DNA from: a virus
Lineage: Duplodnaviria; Caudoviricetes
IMG/VR virus record: IMGVR_UViG_3300037418_002332
Reading direction: 5' to 3' (one strand)
Length of the DNA stretch: 64,000 nt
Part shown: positions 16,994 through 26,100 of the stretch, piece after piece
Numbering within the stretch: the first letter of the stretch is position 1
How the letters are laid out: the number at the start of each line of letters is the position of its first letter
Made by a program: the position numbers and the translations under genes
The notes under the pieces: model-generated
The model's database searches: none
What the model was told of the DNA's origin: nothing
Seen by the model: only the letters and a program-made list of their open reading frames with translations

Positions 16994-17594
16994 ATGAAGG
17001 CCAATAAGAATTGTTGGTGTAGTCCGTTGGAATTGGACTGGTGGATTTAATTGCTCTCGCGGCAAAAATGCACTTTGTTTCCCATGATGCGGCTGCTTGA
17101 CCGAAAGCAAAGCACGTTGGAGCATCCATCAAATTCAGGCTGTTATCATCAGCGATCCAAACGAAATCTGATGTACCTCCATGCCAACGATAGTTTCCTG
17201 CTGCGGCTCCAGCAGCCATTGCGAACCCTGCTAGAGTCGCTGCTCCGATGATACGAGCCTTGGACTCGTTGTCCATCGCGTAGCTTTTACCGTTGAAAGT
17301 GAACCCTGTTGCGATTCGGCGATCGCGCTCAGCATTCACTTCAGTTGACGTTACAACTTGAGCAACAGTTGACCAAACATATTTTGGAATACCATTGGTA
17401 ACAACAACCGAAACTGATGTTGGAATACGACCAGCTGGAATTGGATCGGCAGAAACAATTTCTTTCAATGTATGCGTAGCGTTTTCCCAACCAGCATATG
17501 CTGGGGATGTTTGATCATTACCAATCGTAAATGATCCACCAGGAAGGACTTCCTTCACGAAACTTGCGTCTGACTTCTTAATAAGTGCTAGCAT
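16992..17594 (-). CDS. tail fibre assembly protein / chaperone (DUF4376-like)
   Basis: 'VNAERDRRIATGF' and 'WIADDNS..LMDA..CFAFGQAA..W...IFAARAIK' are typical of DUF4376 proteins. Confidence 0.8.
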   Translation of the reverse strand: MLALIKKSDASFVKEVLPGGSFTIGNDQTSPAYAGWENATHTLKEIVSADPIPAGRIPTSVSVVVTNGIPKYVWSTVAQVVTSTEVNAERDRRIATGFTFNGKSYAMDNESKARIIGAATLAGFAMAAGAAAGNYRWHGGTSDFVWIADDNSLNLMDAPTCFAFGQAAASWETKCIFAARAIKSTSPIPTDYTNNSYWPS

Positions 17595-18228
17595 TTTTTA
17601 TCCTGTTGTAAAGTTCAATGTCTTGTTCATAGTATTTATTGACAGCATTTCGTGTATCTTCATTGTAAAACCTATCAACAAATTCCTTTGTATCATGACC
17701 ATTAATGGACTTGTTTTGCCATTTCAATGGTTCCTTAACTTCAACTCCATATGTTTCAACAAATTGATTAATATGTTTTTGGATGTTATCAAATAGCCAC
17801 CAAGTTCCAACTTGTTTACCTTGATATTCCAAAAATGTATGCTGTTCTTGATTTTGCCAAAGTGTGTCTGGATAATATCCACTCATGACACTTTCTCTGA
17901 AATGCTGAACACTCGGATTTGAAATCAAACCTTGTTTTGCTCTATACAAATACAAGCTCAATACACGTTCAAATGGTTCTCTGATAACTCCAACGATAGT
18001 TTCATTCAAATCAATTAATCCATGTTCAACTGCATATTCAACATCCATATGGGAATGTGGTGCATGAACACCCATACCTTGAGACCAATGATCAGTTGGA
18101 GTGTTGTAATATGCAGTGTAACGATCTTCAGGACCAACTACATTATCAATAAAAAACCGTCTAATTGATGTAGAAGCATTCTTCGGAACGTTGATGAAAT
18201 TGAATTTATACTTTCGTATGCTTATCAT
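17578..18228 (-). CDS. sulfotransferase (Sulfotransfer_2 family)
   Basis: 5'-PSB 'FINVPKNASTSIR', 3'-PB 'VIREPFERVLSLY' and C-terminal 'YYEQDIELY'. Confidence 0.85.
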   Translation of the reverse strand: MISIRKYKFNFINVPKNASTSIRRFFIDNVVGPEDRYTAYYNTPTDHWSQGMGVHAPHSHMDVEYAVEHGLIDLNETIVGVIREPFERVLSLYLYRAKQGLISNPSVQHFRESVMSGYYPDTLWQNQEQHTFLEYQGKQVGTWWLFDNIQKHINQFVETYGVEVKEPLKWQNKSINGHDTKEFVDRFYNEDTRNAVNKYYEQDIELYNRIKNASTY

Positions 18229-18788
18229 CGCATTAGGAATGTGTTAAGGGTTAATCGGATGGAGTCGGTTGATCGATATGAATGCCAGGTAACTCCAGAT
18301 TTACCAGCAAATACCATAGTTCTATTTGGTTTCCATAAAATTTGTTTCACGAAGTTTTTCTTTTGATCATAAAGCATTGTACCTTGACCTGAACTTGGAT
18401 ACAAATAAGTCACTGATGATAGAACTTTATCTTCAGATTCATCATGGACTGGGTGTTCAGCTGAAGTTAAACAAAGTATGCATTCTCCATACAATCTCAA
18501 ATTTGTATAATCACGATGATCTGGAAACAATTCAAGCAATTCATTAACATTTTTGCTTTGAAGTAATTTTTGAGTTATCGGAAATTTAGCATTAGTATAG
18601 AGATTGTTTTTGGATATGAAAATATTGTTGCCCGATTTGACAACAAATTCATTTTTATCACTTGTTAATAAGCTGAACATTTCCCTTGTTGCATTTTTGA
18701 GCAACTGTTCGTCATAATGATCGTCTATTACAACATGAGGCCATGGATCATTTGAAATTGATAATGCGTTGTTCAATTCGTTCCTCAA
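18225..18788 (-). CDS. 2OG-Fe(II) oxygenase
   Basis: 'PVHDES' (HxD), 'VTYL', 'WKPNRTMVF', 'TWHSY' (distal His) and 'RLTLN' (2OG-binding Arg). Confidence 0.85.
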   Translation of the reverse strand: MRNELNNALSISNDPWPHVVIDDHYDEQLLKNATREMFSLLTSDKNEFVVKSGNNIFISKNNLYTNAKFPITQKLLQSKNVNELLELFPDHRDYTNLRLYGECILCLTSAEHPVHDESEDKVLSSVTYLYPSSGQGTMLYDQKKNFVKQILWKPNRTMVFAGKSGVTWHSYRSTDSIRLTLNTFLMR

Positions 18789-19605
18789 AGTTTGAATATG
18801 TTACATCAATGCACAGTTCATGTGCATACCATGAAAGGAAACGCTTCAAATCAGTTTGATCAACAGGTTGAACATCTTCCAATTCATATGCAGTATTTAT
18901 CATGGGTAAAATTTCAGAAAATGCAGTGGTGTCATAACTTGCAACTGGTTTTCCACGAATCATCGCATTAACACTGACTGATGACCATGAACTAAACACT
19001 CTTTCTGCATTGTCAAGTAAATGATCCAAATTGCAATTGGCATCAGCAAATATAGCATATTTGCTTTCAGGAATTGTAATTTGTGTAAGTGGATGTTGTT
19101 TGAAAATTGTATATACTTTACGATCGTTTGCATAGTTTATAGCATCCATCAGATGATCATATTCAGCACCGATGCTATCCTGCATCAAAAACAAGTTGTA
19201 TTGATCGGGTAATTGGATTTTGTTTGATGCGGGGATATATTTTGAACCAAAATGGTCAGTGATATTTGGATCAATATCACTGGTTTTCCATTGATTGAGA
19301 AAAGGATTCACTCTATCAAGATATTGATGATTTGGTGCGAATACAAAAAAGTTGATATTTGGTGAACCAAATCTCCAAGTCAATGTGTGATCAAAATTGG
19401 CATGATCATAAAGTTCAGAAAAAATACAATTTGATAGATTGTGCTTTTCAAGAATACGATCAACAGCTGAAGCTACTTTGAATACAATTGGAAATATGTA
19501 ATGAGTTTGGTGTAAATTACGAACACCATGCATCCACTTTAATACAAGATTAAGATTTGATTGCCTTTGGTTTGATGTCAAACATGTATTCATTATCTTC
19601 ACCAA
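18748..19605 (-). CDS. capsule-polysaccharide-synthesis-like GT-B protein; true start may be 19533
   Basis: 'IFKQHP' and 'SSVSVNAMIRGKPV' resemble the KxHP and STVGIEA..GKPV motifs of KpsC/KpsS-type capsule proteins. Confidence 0.6.
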   Translation of the reverse strand: MVKIMNTCLTSNQRQSNLNLVLKWMHGVRNLHQTHYIFPIVFKVASAVDRILEKHNLSNCIFSELYDHANFDHTLTWRFGSPNINFFVFAPNHQYLDRVNPFLNQWKTSDIDPNITDHFGSKYIPASNKIQLPDQYNLFLMQDSIGAEYDHLMDAINYANDRKVYTIFKQHPLTQITIPESKYAIFADANCNLDHLLDNAERVFSSWSSVSVNAMIRGKPVASYDTTAFSEILPMINTAYELEDVQPVDQTDLKRFLSWYAHELCIDVTYSNFEERIEQRIINFK

Positions 19606-20260
19606 CCTTTTCAGCTACCAATTTTGCCCTTGGTTCTTTAATCTTTTTCTTACGAACATAAACAACAGGACATTTATCATTCAATGCATTTTGGATGGTT
19701 TGTTTGAACCATCCTTCTGAGTCAGGTCTACAAATCAAACAAACCATTGAATCATCAAATTTAAATCCAAGGGCATTTGTCAATGTTACTGGATATTCTG
19801 CAGTTTCATACTTTACAACATCAATGCATGTCACTTCGAAACCTTCATCAGCAAGTATTTTGCCAACATGACCGGTGCCTGCTCCACAATCTATTATGTG
19901 TTTACCTGAATACAATTCTTTCATCTTATCAATGAATATTTGTTTCGGTTTGAAATATATTTCATTTGGAAGGAAATTAGGAACTGCTTCAAGTATTTCA
20001 GCAAATTGCTCATCAGTCAAAGTTCGTTCATTGTATGAAGCAACAATTTCACTTTCATGTGCTTTTTTATAAGCTGCTATGACTTCATCTGTCCAAACTG
20101 TTTTGTGTGCTTCATTGACAGCATCTCTAACTTCAGGAATCAAAAAATCATCTGCAGACATTCTGATCCATTTGTTATCAACAATTTGAGCTGGTGGAAT
20201 TTCGAAAGTGACACCAGGAATTTCAAGATGGAGAATCTTGAATGGACCTACATAGTTCAC
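19550..20260 (-). CDS. class I SAM-dependent methyltransferase-domain protein
   Basis: Motif I 'IIDCGAGTG', then 'GFEVTCID'. Confidence 0.7.
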   Translation of the reverse strand: MNYVGPFKILHLEIPGVTFEIPPAQIVDNKWIRMSADDFLIPEVRDAVNEAHKTVWTDEVIAAYKKAHESEIVASYNERTLTDEQFAEILEAVPNFLPNEIYFKPKQIFIDKMKELYSGKHIIDCGAGTGHVGKILADEGFEVTCIDVVKYETAEYPVTLTNALGFKFDDSMVCLICRPDSEGWFKQTIQNALNDKCPVVYVRKKKIKEPRAKLVAEKVGEDNEYMFDIKPKAIKS

Positions 20261-21129
20261 GGCTGGACAAACCTCATTGATTGAACAAAATTGCTGTAAA
20301 AATAATATGTTGTTGTCGTGCTTCCACCACTGTGACCACCGCCACCGCCAGTTGTAATAGATGTGTATCCTGTATCAGTGACAAAAGTGCCACTAGCATC
20401 CATTGTATTGAGTGCAATTTGCCTGGATTTGCCACCATATGTGGCGTTAGTTTCAATTACTCTAGTATTTGCTGGTCCTGAATGTCCGATTGTTGGAATA
20501 GTAGAATCAGTTAAATCCAAACCACCTTTAATGAACACCAGATCATTTGCGTTGACTGCAATGCTTGTTGTAGAATGGCCAGAGCTGGATGATTGTCCAC
20601 CACCATAGAATGAATTAGTAACTCCAGTCCATTTACCCGGAAGAACAAACACTTGTTGACTGTTTGTCATTGAAGTATTGCTTGCCTTATTAAATGTCAC
20701 ATTTACAGATGATAAATTTCCAAATCCTAAAGGAATTTGAAATTGACATAACGTGAAATAAGCTCCAACACCAGTCGTTTTATCGTACAGAATTGTTTCA
20801 TCAGTAGCAGAATATGCTCCATTGTTGACATTAACTACAGTTGTTCCTGGTGTAGAACCATGTTCATTGAGTGTCAACAAAGTTGTCCATCTGCTGTTTC
20901 GATTAAGGGATTGGGGATAAGTTAAAGTTCCGCTAATGGATGTAGCTGTGGCATATGTTGAATCAAAGCCTTCTGCGAAAGGACCTGCACCTGCATTTGT
21001 TTCAAAGCCTTGGGCAATCGAAGTCTTAGAAATCAGTTGATTTCTAGATGAGATCGTTTTCAGATCGGTGATAACATCAGTAACAGTTATCAGAGTTGGA
21101 CTAGGTGGAATCAGAGGAAACGGAAACAT
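20257..21129 (-). CDS. putative tail-fibre-associated structural protein
   Basis: S/T/G/N-rich beta-type composition with a Gly-rich loop 'GGGGGHSGGS'; directly downstream of the fibre gene. Confidence 0.55.
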   Translation of the reverse strand: MFPFPLIPPSPTLITVTDVITDLKTISSRNQLISKTSIAQGFETNAGAGPFAEGFDSTYATATSISGTLTYPQSLNRNSRWTTLLTLNEHGSTPGTTVVNVNNGAYSATDETILYDKTTGVGAYFTLCQFQIPLGFGNLSSVNVTFNKASNTSMTNSQQVFVLPGKWTGVTNSFYGGGQSSSSGHSTTSIAVNANDLVFIKGGLDLTDSTIPTIGHSGPANTRVIETNATYGGKSRQIALNTMDASGTFVTDTGYTSITTGGGGGHSGGSTTTTYYFYSNFVQSMRFVQP

Positions 21130-21138
21130 TATTTATCC

Positions 21139-22944
21139 TTACGAAGTCTTCGTGATGCTGCACAACTTGATTCCGCTTATGCTGGTAATAAACAGCAAGA
21201 ATGTACTTCCCACAGTCAAATCCAAACTATCACCATTAACTTTTGTGAAACCTGAGAACGTAACGGCACCAGGAGCTGAATTGTACAAATACAATACCAT
21301 AGACCCTTCTGCGGAAGGTGCAGCAAGGGTGAATGCTCCGCCATTTCTAATCAACTGAAGATTTCTTGATGCAATATTAGGTGTCAATGTGCCACTTGAT
21401 TGAGTACCAAGATCAAGTGTTGTTGCTGTATAACCAGTAGTTAAATTTTTAGTGACGCTTGGTTGAATGTATCGAGCATCTTGTTCAACTTGGCTGATTT
21501 GGCATTTGTACCATGCTTCCCAAGTACCATTGTTTTGAGCTCTACGATAAATTTTAGTATCAGATGAGCTGTCTGCTGTAAAACTATGAATAGTTTGAGT
21601 ACACCAAGCACCATTGTGATTTTCGACAGTGCCAATCCACCAACTTGTATCAGGAGCATTGGCAACTGAAGAACCCATGTACCAACCGTTTTCAGTGGCA
21701 CTGTTCCAATCAGTTATGGTTTTAGCAACAGTTCCTAATCTAGTTGACAATCTAGCATCAGGCAAAGTACCTGAAGATTGGTTAGATGAATTTGCGTAAT
21801 AACCACCAGTTTGACCATCAAGTAGATCGGCATCAAGGCCCGAACCAGCACCGTCAACTGTTTTGATTTTTGTCAAAACGTCGGATGCGGTATAAGAAGC
21901 TGCTGCGAGATAGTATGCGCCTTGTTGACCATCAAGTAGATCGGCATCAAGACCAGAAGCTGGTCCATCGACCGACAGAAGTGGTGTCAATACGTCTGAA
22001 CCTGTCAAGGTCAAAGCGTGAGTATGGGATGTTGAAGTTACAGCATTTGTTGAAGATGAAGTAATTGTTCCCGGTGTACCCAAAGTCAAAGTTCTATCGG
22101 CACCAAGTGTACCACCACCTGTCATACCATTACCAGCTATAATTTGTCTGCTTGCAAAGGCATATAGCGTATCAGCATAAGTTTTAATTGCGGCTTTGAA
22201 ATTTGTCCAAGTAATTTTCTTCAATGCAAATGATGCAGCACTGTCATCCAAAGGAAGAACGTCAGCATCATCAATTGTAGTTTTAGCAGTTGCACCTGAA
22301 ATCGATGAACCAACATTTGTAGCTGACGTCACATCAGCGTTTGTGGCAACAGAATCAAGTTTAGTTTTGTCTGAAGCTGAAAGGAAACCAGCAACAGAAG
22401 TTGTTGCAACAGAGTGAAGTGTACCACCACCACGTGATCCGTGTGAAGAATCACTTATTCTGCCAGCAGGTAATGTACCTGCATTCATATTATCGGCATT
22501 TTGATAATATGAACCGTGTTGTCCGTCTAGTAAATCTGAATCAAGGCCAGAAAGAGCACCATCAACCAAAACCAAACGAGACAACATATTAGAACCGTTT
22601 GAATAGGTGTTAACATATGTGTTTGCTGCGAAAGTTGAACGAACGTAGTTGTTTTGTGCGAATCTACCATTGGTATAATTTCGCATGTAAGTATTTGATG
22701 CGTAGAAAGTGCCTTCTTGTCCATCCAAAAGATCAGCATCTAAACCTGACAAATGTCCATCAACAGTTGACAGTCGAATCAACATATTTGATGCGTTTGA
22801 ATATTGGTTAACATAAGTTGAGTCAGGAATTGTGGTGTTAGCTGTGATTGTGTTGACAGCAACAATCAATTTGTTGGTGGTATTTGCCCATTGAGGAACG
22901 CTTAGTGTAGAGCTACCTGAAATATCAAGTAAGGAAATTGCCAT
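21139..22944 (-). CDS. tail fibre protein
   Basis: Four 'SGLD(A/S)DLLDGQ' repeats, a 'HTHAL' fibre motif and a knob-like 'TDWNSATENGWY...QTIHSF...KIYRR' segment. Confidence 0.85.
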   Translation of the reverse strand: MAISLLDISGSSTLSVPQWANTTNKLIVAVNTITANTTIPDSTYVNQYSNASNMLIRLSTVDGHLSGLDADLLDGQEGTFYASNTYMRNYTNGRFAQNNYVRSTFAANTYVNTYSNGSNMLSRLVLVDGALSGLDSDLLDGQHGSYYQNADNMNAGTLPAGRISDSSHGSRGGGTLHSVATTSVAGFLSASDKTKLDSVATNADVTSATNVGSSISGATAKTTIDDADVLPLDDSAASFALKKITWTNFKAAIKTYADTLYAFASRQIIAGNGMTGGGTLGADRTLTLGTPGTITSSSTNAVTSTSHTHALTLTGSDVLTPLLSVDGPASGLDADLLDGQQGAYYLAAASYTASDVLTKIKTVDGAGSGLDADLLDGQTGGYYANSSNQSSGTLPDARLSTRLGTVAKTITDWNSATENGWYMGSSVANAPDTSWWIGTVENHNGAWCTQTIHSFTADSSSDTKIYRRAQNNGTWEAWYKCQISQVEQDARYIQPSVTKNLTTGYTATTLDLGTQSSGTLTPNIASRNLQLIRNGGAFTLAAPSAEGSMVLYLYNSAPGAVTFSGFTKVNGDSLDLTVGSTFLLFITSISGIKLCSITKTS

Positions 22945-22945
22945 T

Positions 22946-23146
22946 TTATTCCTTTGTAAGTGCTGTCAAAATCATATCAAGCTTAGTTTCTAGACTATCA
23001 AGTCTATTTTCAAGTTGATCGATCTTCTTATTTTTTTGTCTTAGAATTGCTTTACGCTTTTTATATTGCGCGAGAGTTTGATCATCCAAAACTACAATGG
23101 CTTTGGTTTTTGGGTCCCGCGCAATTTTGTTTAAGTTTGTATCCAT
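22946..23146 (-). CDS. small coiled-coil protein following the DUF4815 gene
   Basis: 'RDPKTKAIV' followed by a heptad pattern; this position is usual in cyanophage-type T4-like phages. Confidence 0.65.
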   Translation of the reverse strand: MDTNLNKIARDPKTKAIVVLDDQTLAQYKKRKAILRQKNKKIDQLENRLDSLETKLDMILTALTKE

Positions 23147-23152
23147 TAGCTT

Positions 23153-26100
23153 TTACTTTTGTAGACAGATAGCACGCATATCACGGCATCTTGGAACAAC
23201 TACTGAATCACTACTCAATAGAACGATCTTGATTGACAAGTATTTGTAACCAGTAAATTGAACGTTCTTTGAGTTAATGTATTGGTATTCACCATTCAAA
23301 CCAGTCAAGTTTGCATCATCAATTGAATATTCAAGTTCCTTGAAGTCCAATCTGTCTTCAGTATCAGAATACAGATTCTTGGAAGTCATGGTCAAAGGAA
23401 CCCACTCAATATCATCGAAAGTATCTGAATCAGAAGCATTCAACAATTTTGCATATACAAGAATATCAGTGGATGGTGGTCTGTAACCAGTTACATAAAC
23501 CTTCAAGTCTTCAGCATCTTGACCTTCAGCCAAAGTTACTTTTCTAGTGATGTACTTATTTAGGGCATTGCCTCCGGTGTTACTATCTTCACCAGTTGAG
23601 TCATTGTTAATGATATTGTGAACAAAGATATTATGTACTCTAGAAGTATTAACAACTGGAGAAACATTAGTATCAAATGTAGTCAAAGTAGAACGAAGTC
23701 TCAAAGTATCGGATGCAACAGAAGCAGATGAAATAATCTTTTCTTCAGATACAGTATAGTCACTACCAACTGGAATTCTTGTCAAAGCTGAAAGTGAATT
23801 GGTATTTGAAGTTGTGCGGATATCCCAATCAATGTATGTGTTCAACAAAATAACTTCGGCTGATTGCGGATTAACCAAATTGAATTTCTTCGCTTGGAAT
23901 GAACCAATAATCGCTGAGTTATTTGAAGTTTCACCACGAATATTTTCACCAACAGTGAAGGCTGTTGAGTTAGTTCTAACAACATCCATCAAGAATGTGT
24001 TAGCAGTTGAAGAGTTGTATTTCAAAAGCGTACCAAGAGGCACAACAGTGCTTGAAATTGTACCAGTCACACCCTTCGCGGTGTTATTTGCATAGCGAAC
24101 TGAGAAAGTTTCGACAGGAGTAAAATCAGTGAATACGTCTTTCAATCTGAAGTTTGGAGAAGTGCCTGAAACAACAGTACCTCGACCACCAGAAGTTGTG
24201 CCGACGATGATATCAGTATTTGCAATTGTACCACCAGTTACGCCGGATACAACCATTCTGGTTTCACCGTAAATTGTTTCACTGACTTCGTCCCATTCAC
24301 CTGAAGTGGATGAAAGTGATAGGAAGTCAGTTGGAACGTTCACGAAGTCAGCATAACCTGAACCTGAAGTGAATTGTGCAATAAACAAGTCCAACTTGAA
24401 GTCTTCATCTTGGATAGGTTCATATACACCATCGTTTGATGAAGCATAAAGAACACCAGCAAATGGTTGCTTTGAAATTTTTTCACCAGTTACAACGTCT
24501 GTTCTACCAAGCTTAGCAACCCAAAGTGTAGTTTGATCATTGTTTGCTTCAGGTTTTACAATCAAAGCATATGAGGTGTTATTCATCAAGAATATTGGAC
24601 CATCAAAAGTCACAGTTGTTGCAGTTGCAGCAGTAGCTGAAACGTTAATACTTGCTGACGGAATTCTAACCTTTGAACCTGGAACAACTTTATTGGTAAT
24701 GTATTGTGCTGAATTCAATTCACGAAGTTCAACAATAGCACCATATGTAGCATGTTTTGAAGCAAAATACAAATTTACACCAGTGAAGAACAAACCAGGT
24801 GACAGTCCTGAATCAACCAAGAAAGTTTGAGCAATAGGATCGTTAGGAGAGCCTGTACCACGGCCTGATGAACCACCAGCTTCTGATCCACCACCACCTC
24901 CGCCACTAGTGCCATTAATAACTCTGGTTTGAGTTGATGAAGTAGTTGGAGTTGGGCTGAAAGTAGTTACAGTCGCAGTTTGTGTCAAAGTGTTAATTGA
25001 AATATCAGGAATTTCAGTTGACACGATAGTGTTTTGTTTGGTTTGATTCAAACCAGAAGCGTTGAACGCTGCTTGACCTGAAGTTGTAACCAAACCTTGA
25101 TCAGTTTCATTTGTTGAACTGTCGGTCAATCTGAAATTTCTTTGCCCAGTTCTGAATCTCAATGAATTATTATTTGGAATTACAAATGTACCATAGATCA
25201 AACCATTTGAATCAGTCATCAAAGTAGATGATGGGTTCAAGTAATTTGAATCAGTCTTTTTGGTATATGAAGTGATATTCTCACCATCAAAGAACGCATA
25301 AAGTTTGGTTGAAGGTTTGAAACCTGAACCGAAGTATTTTACAGTTTGTTGACGAATGAAAGGAATGACGCTGACGTCAACAACTCTATCACCATAGTTT
25401 TGAGTTTGAGTACCACCACTTGATACTAGAAGTTCTGTACCACTTCTTGTTGAAGTAGCAGTCGTGGTTGTACCACCACCTGAAGTGGTTGTTGTAGTTG
25501 AAGTGGTTGTTGACGAACCAATTCTTGAAGTAGAGGTAGAAGTTGTTGTTCTACCTGCAGTTGTTACTGAACCAGTGATGACGGTTTGCCATGCACCCCA
25601 ATCTGTGCCCCAAGCATCTGAAAGTTGTTGCCAGTTGTCAAGGTTGGTTGTATCGGTGATTTGCAAGTCTGGGATGGTAGTTGTGTCAACCCAATAATCA
25701 CTGTTTGGAGTAAGAACGATATCACCAACATAGTTGTAGAACAAACCAGCTGCGTTTCTAGTTGACGTAGCATTTGGCTGTGACAAGTAAGTGCTGGTTG
25801 TATATGGTCTGGTCAAATTCTTACCTGACAAAGTCAAACCTGAATTTGAAACATACTTCATAGCAATATCATCCATCACAAAGATAGGACGAATTTCTGA
25901 AGCTGTACGATCAACTGCGATGTTGTAATCTGGATTTGATAAATCACCAACACCGTGGTCGTTGAATGGATCAACCAAAATACCGTTCTTGAATCTGTCA
26001 AGACCATCTTCATCGACGATCTTAGTGTCGAAAGTATCTTTTTCAAGCATAGACAAAGTGACATAGTATTCAAGATTTGAAATACGTTGTTCAAGTGTAC

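Noticed and set aside
16539-17125. Track ORFs 16539-16730 (-), 16733-17125 (-) and 16737-16997 (+)
   Set aside because: They lack an SD or plausible composition and overlap the peptide gene, hairpins and sRNA; they are best explained as by-products of GC-rich structured sequence.
21811-21975. Fibre repeats as diversity-generating retroelement TR/VR
   Set aside because: Differences after the 27-bp match are not adenine-specific, and no reverse transcriptase was seen in the window.
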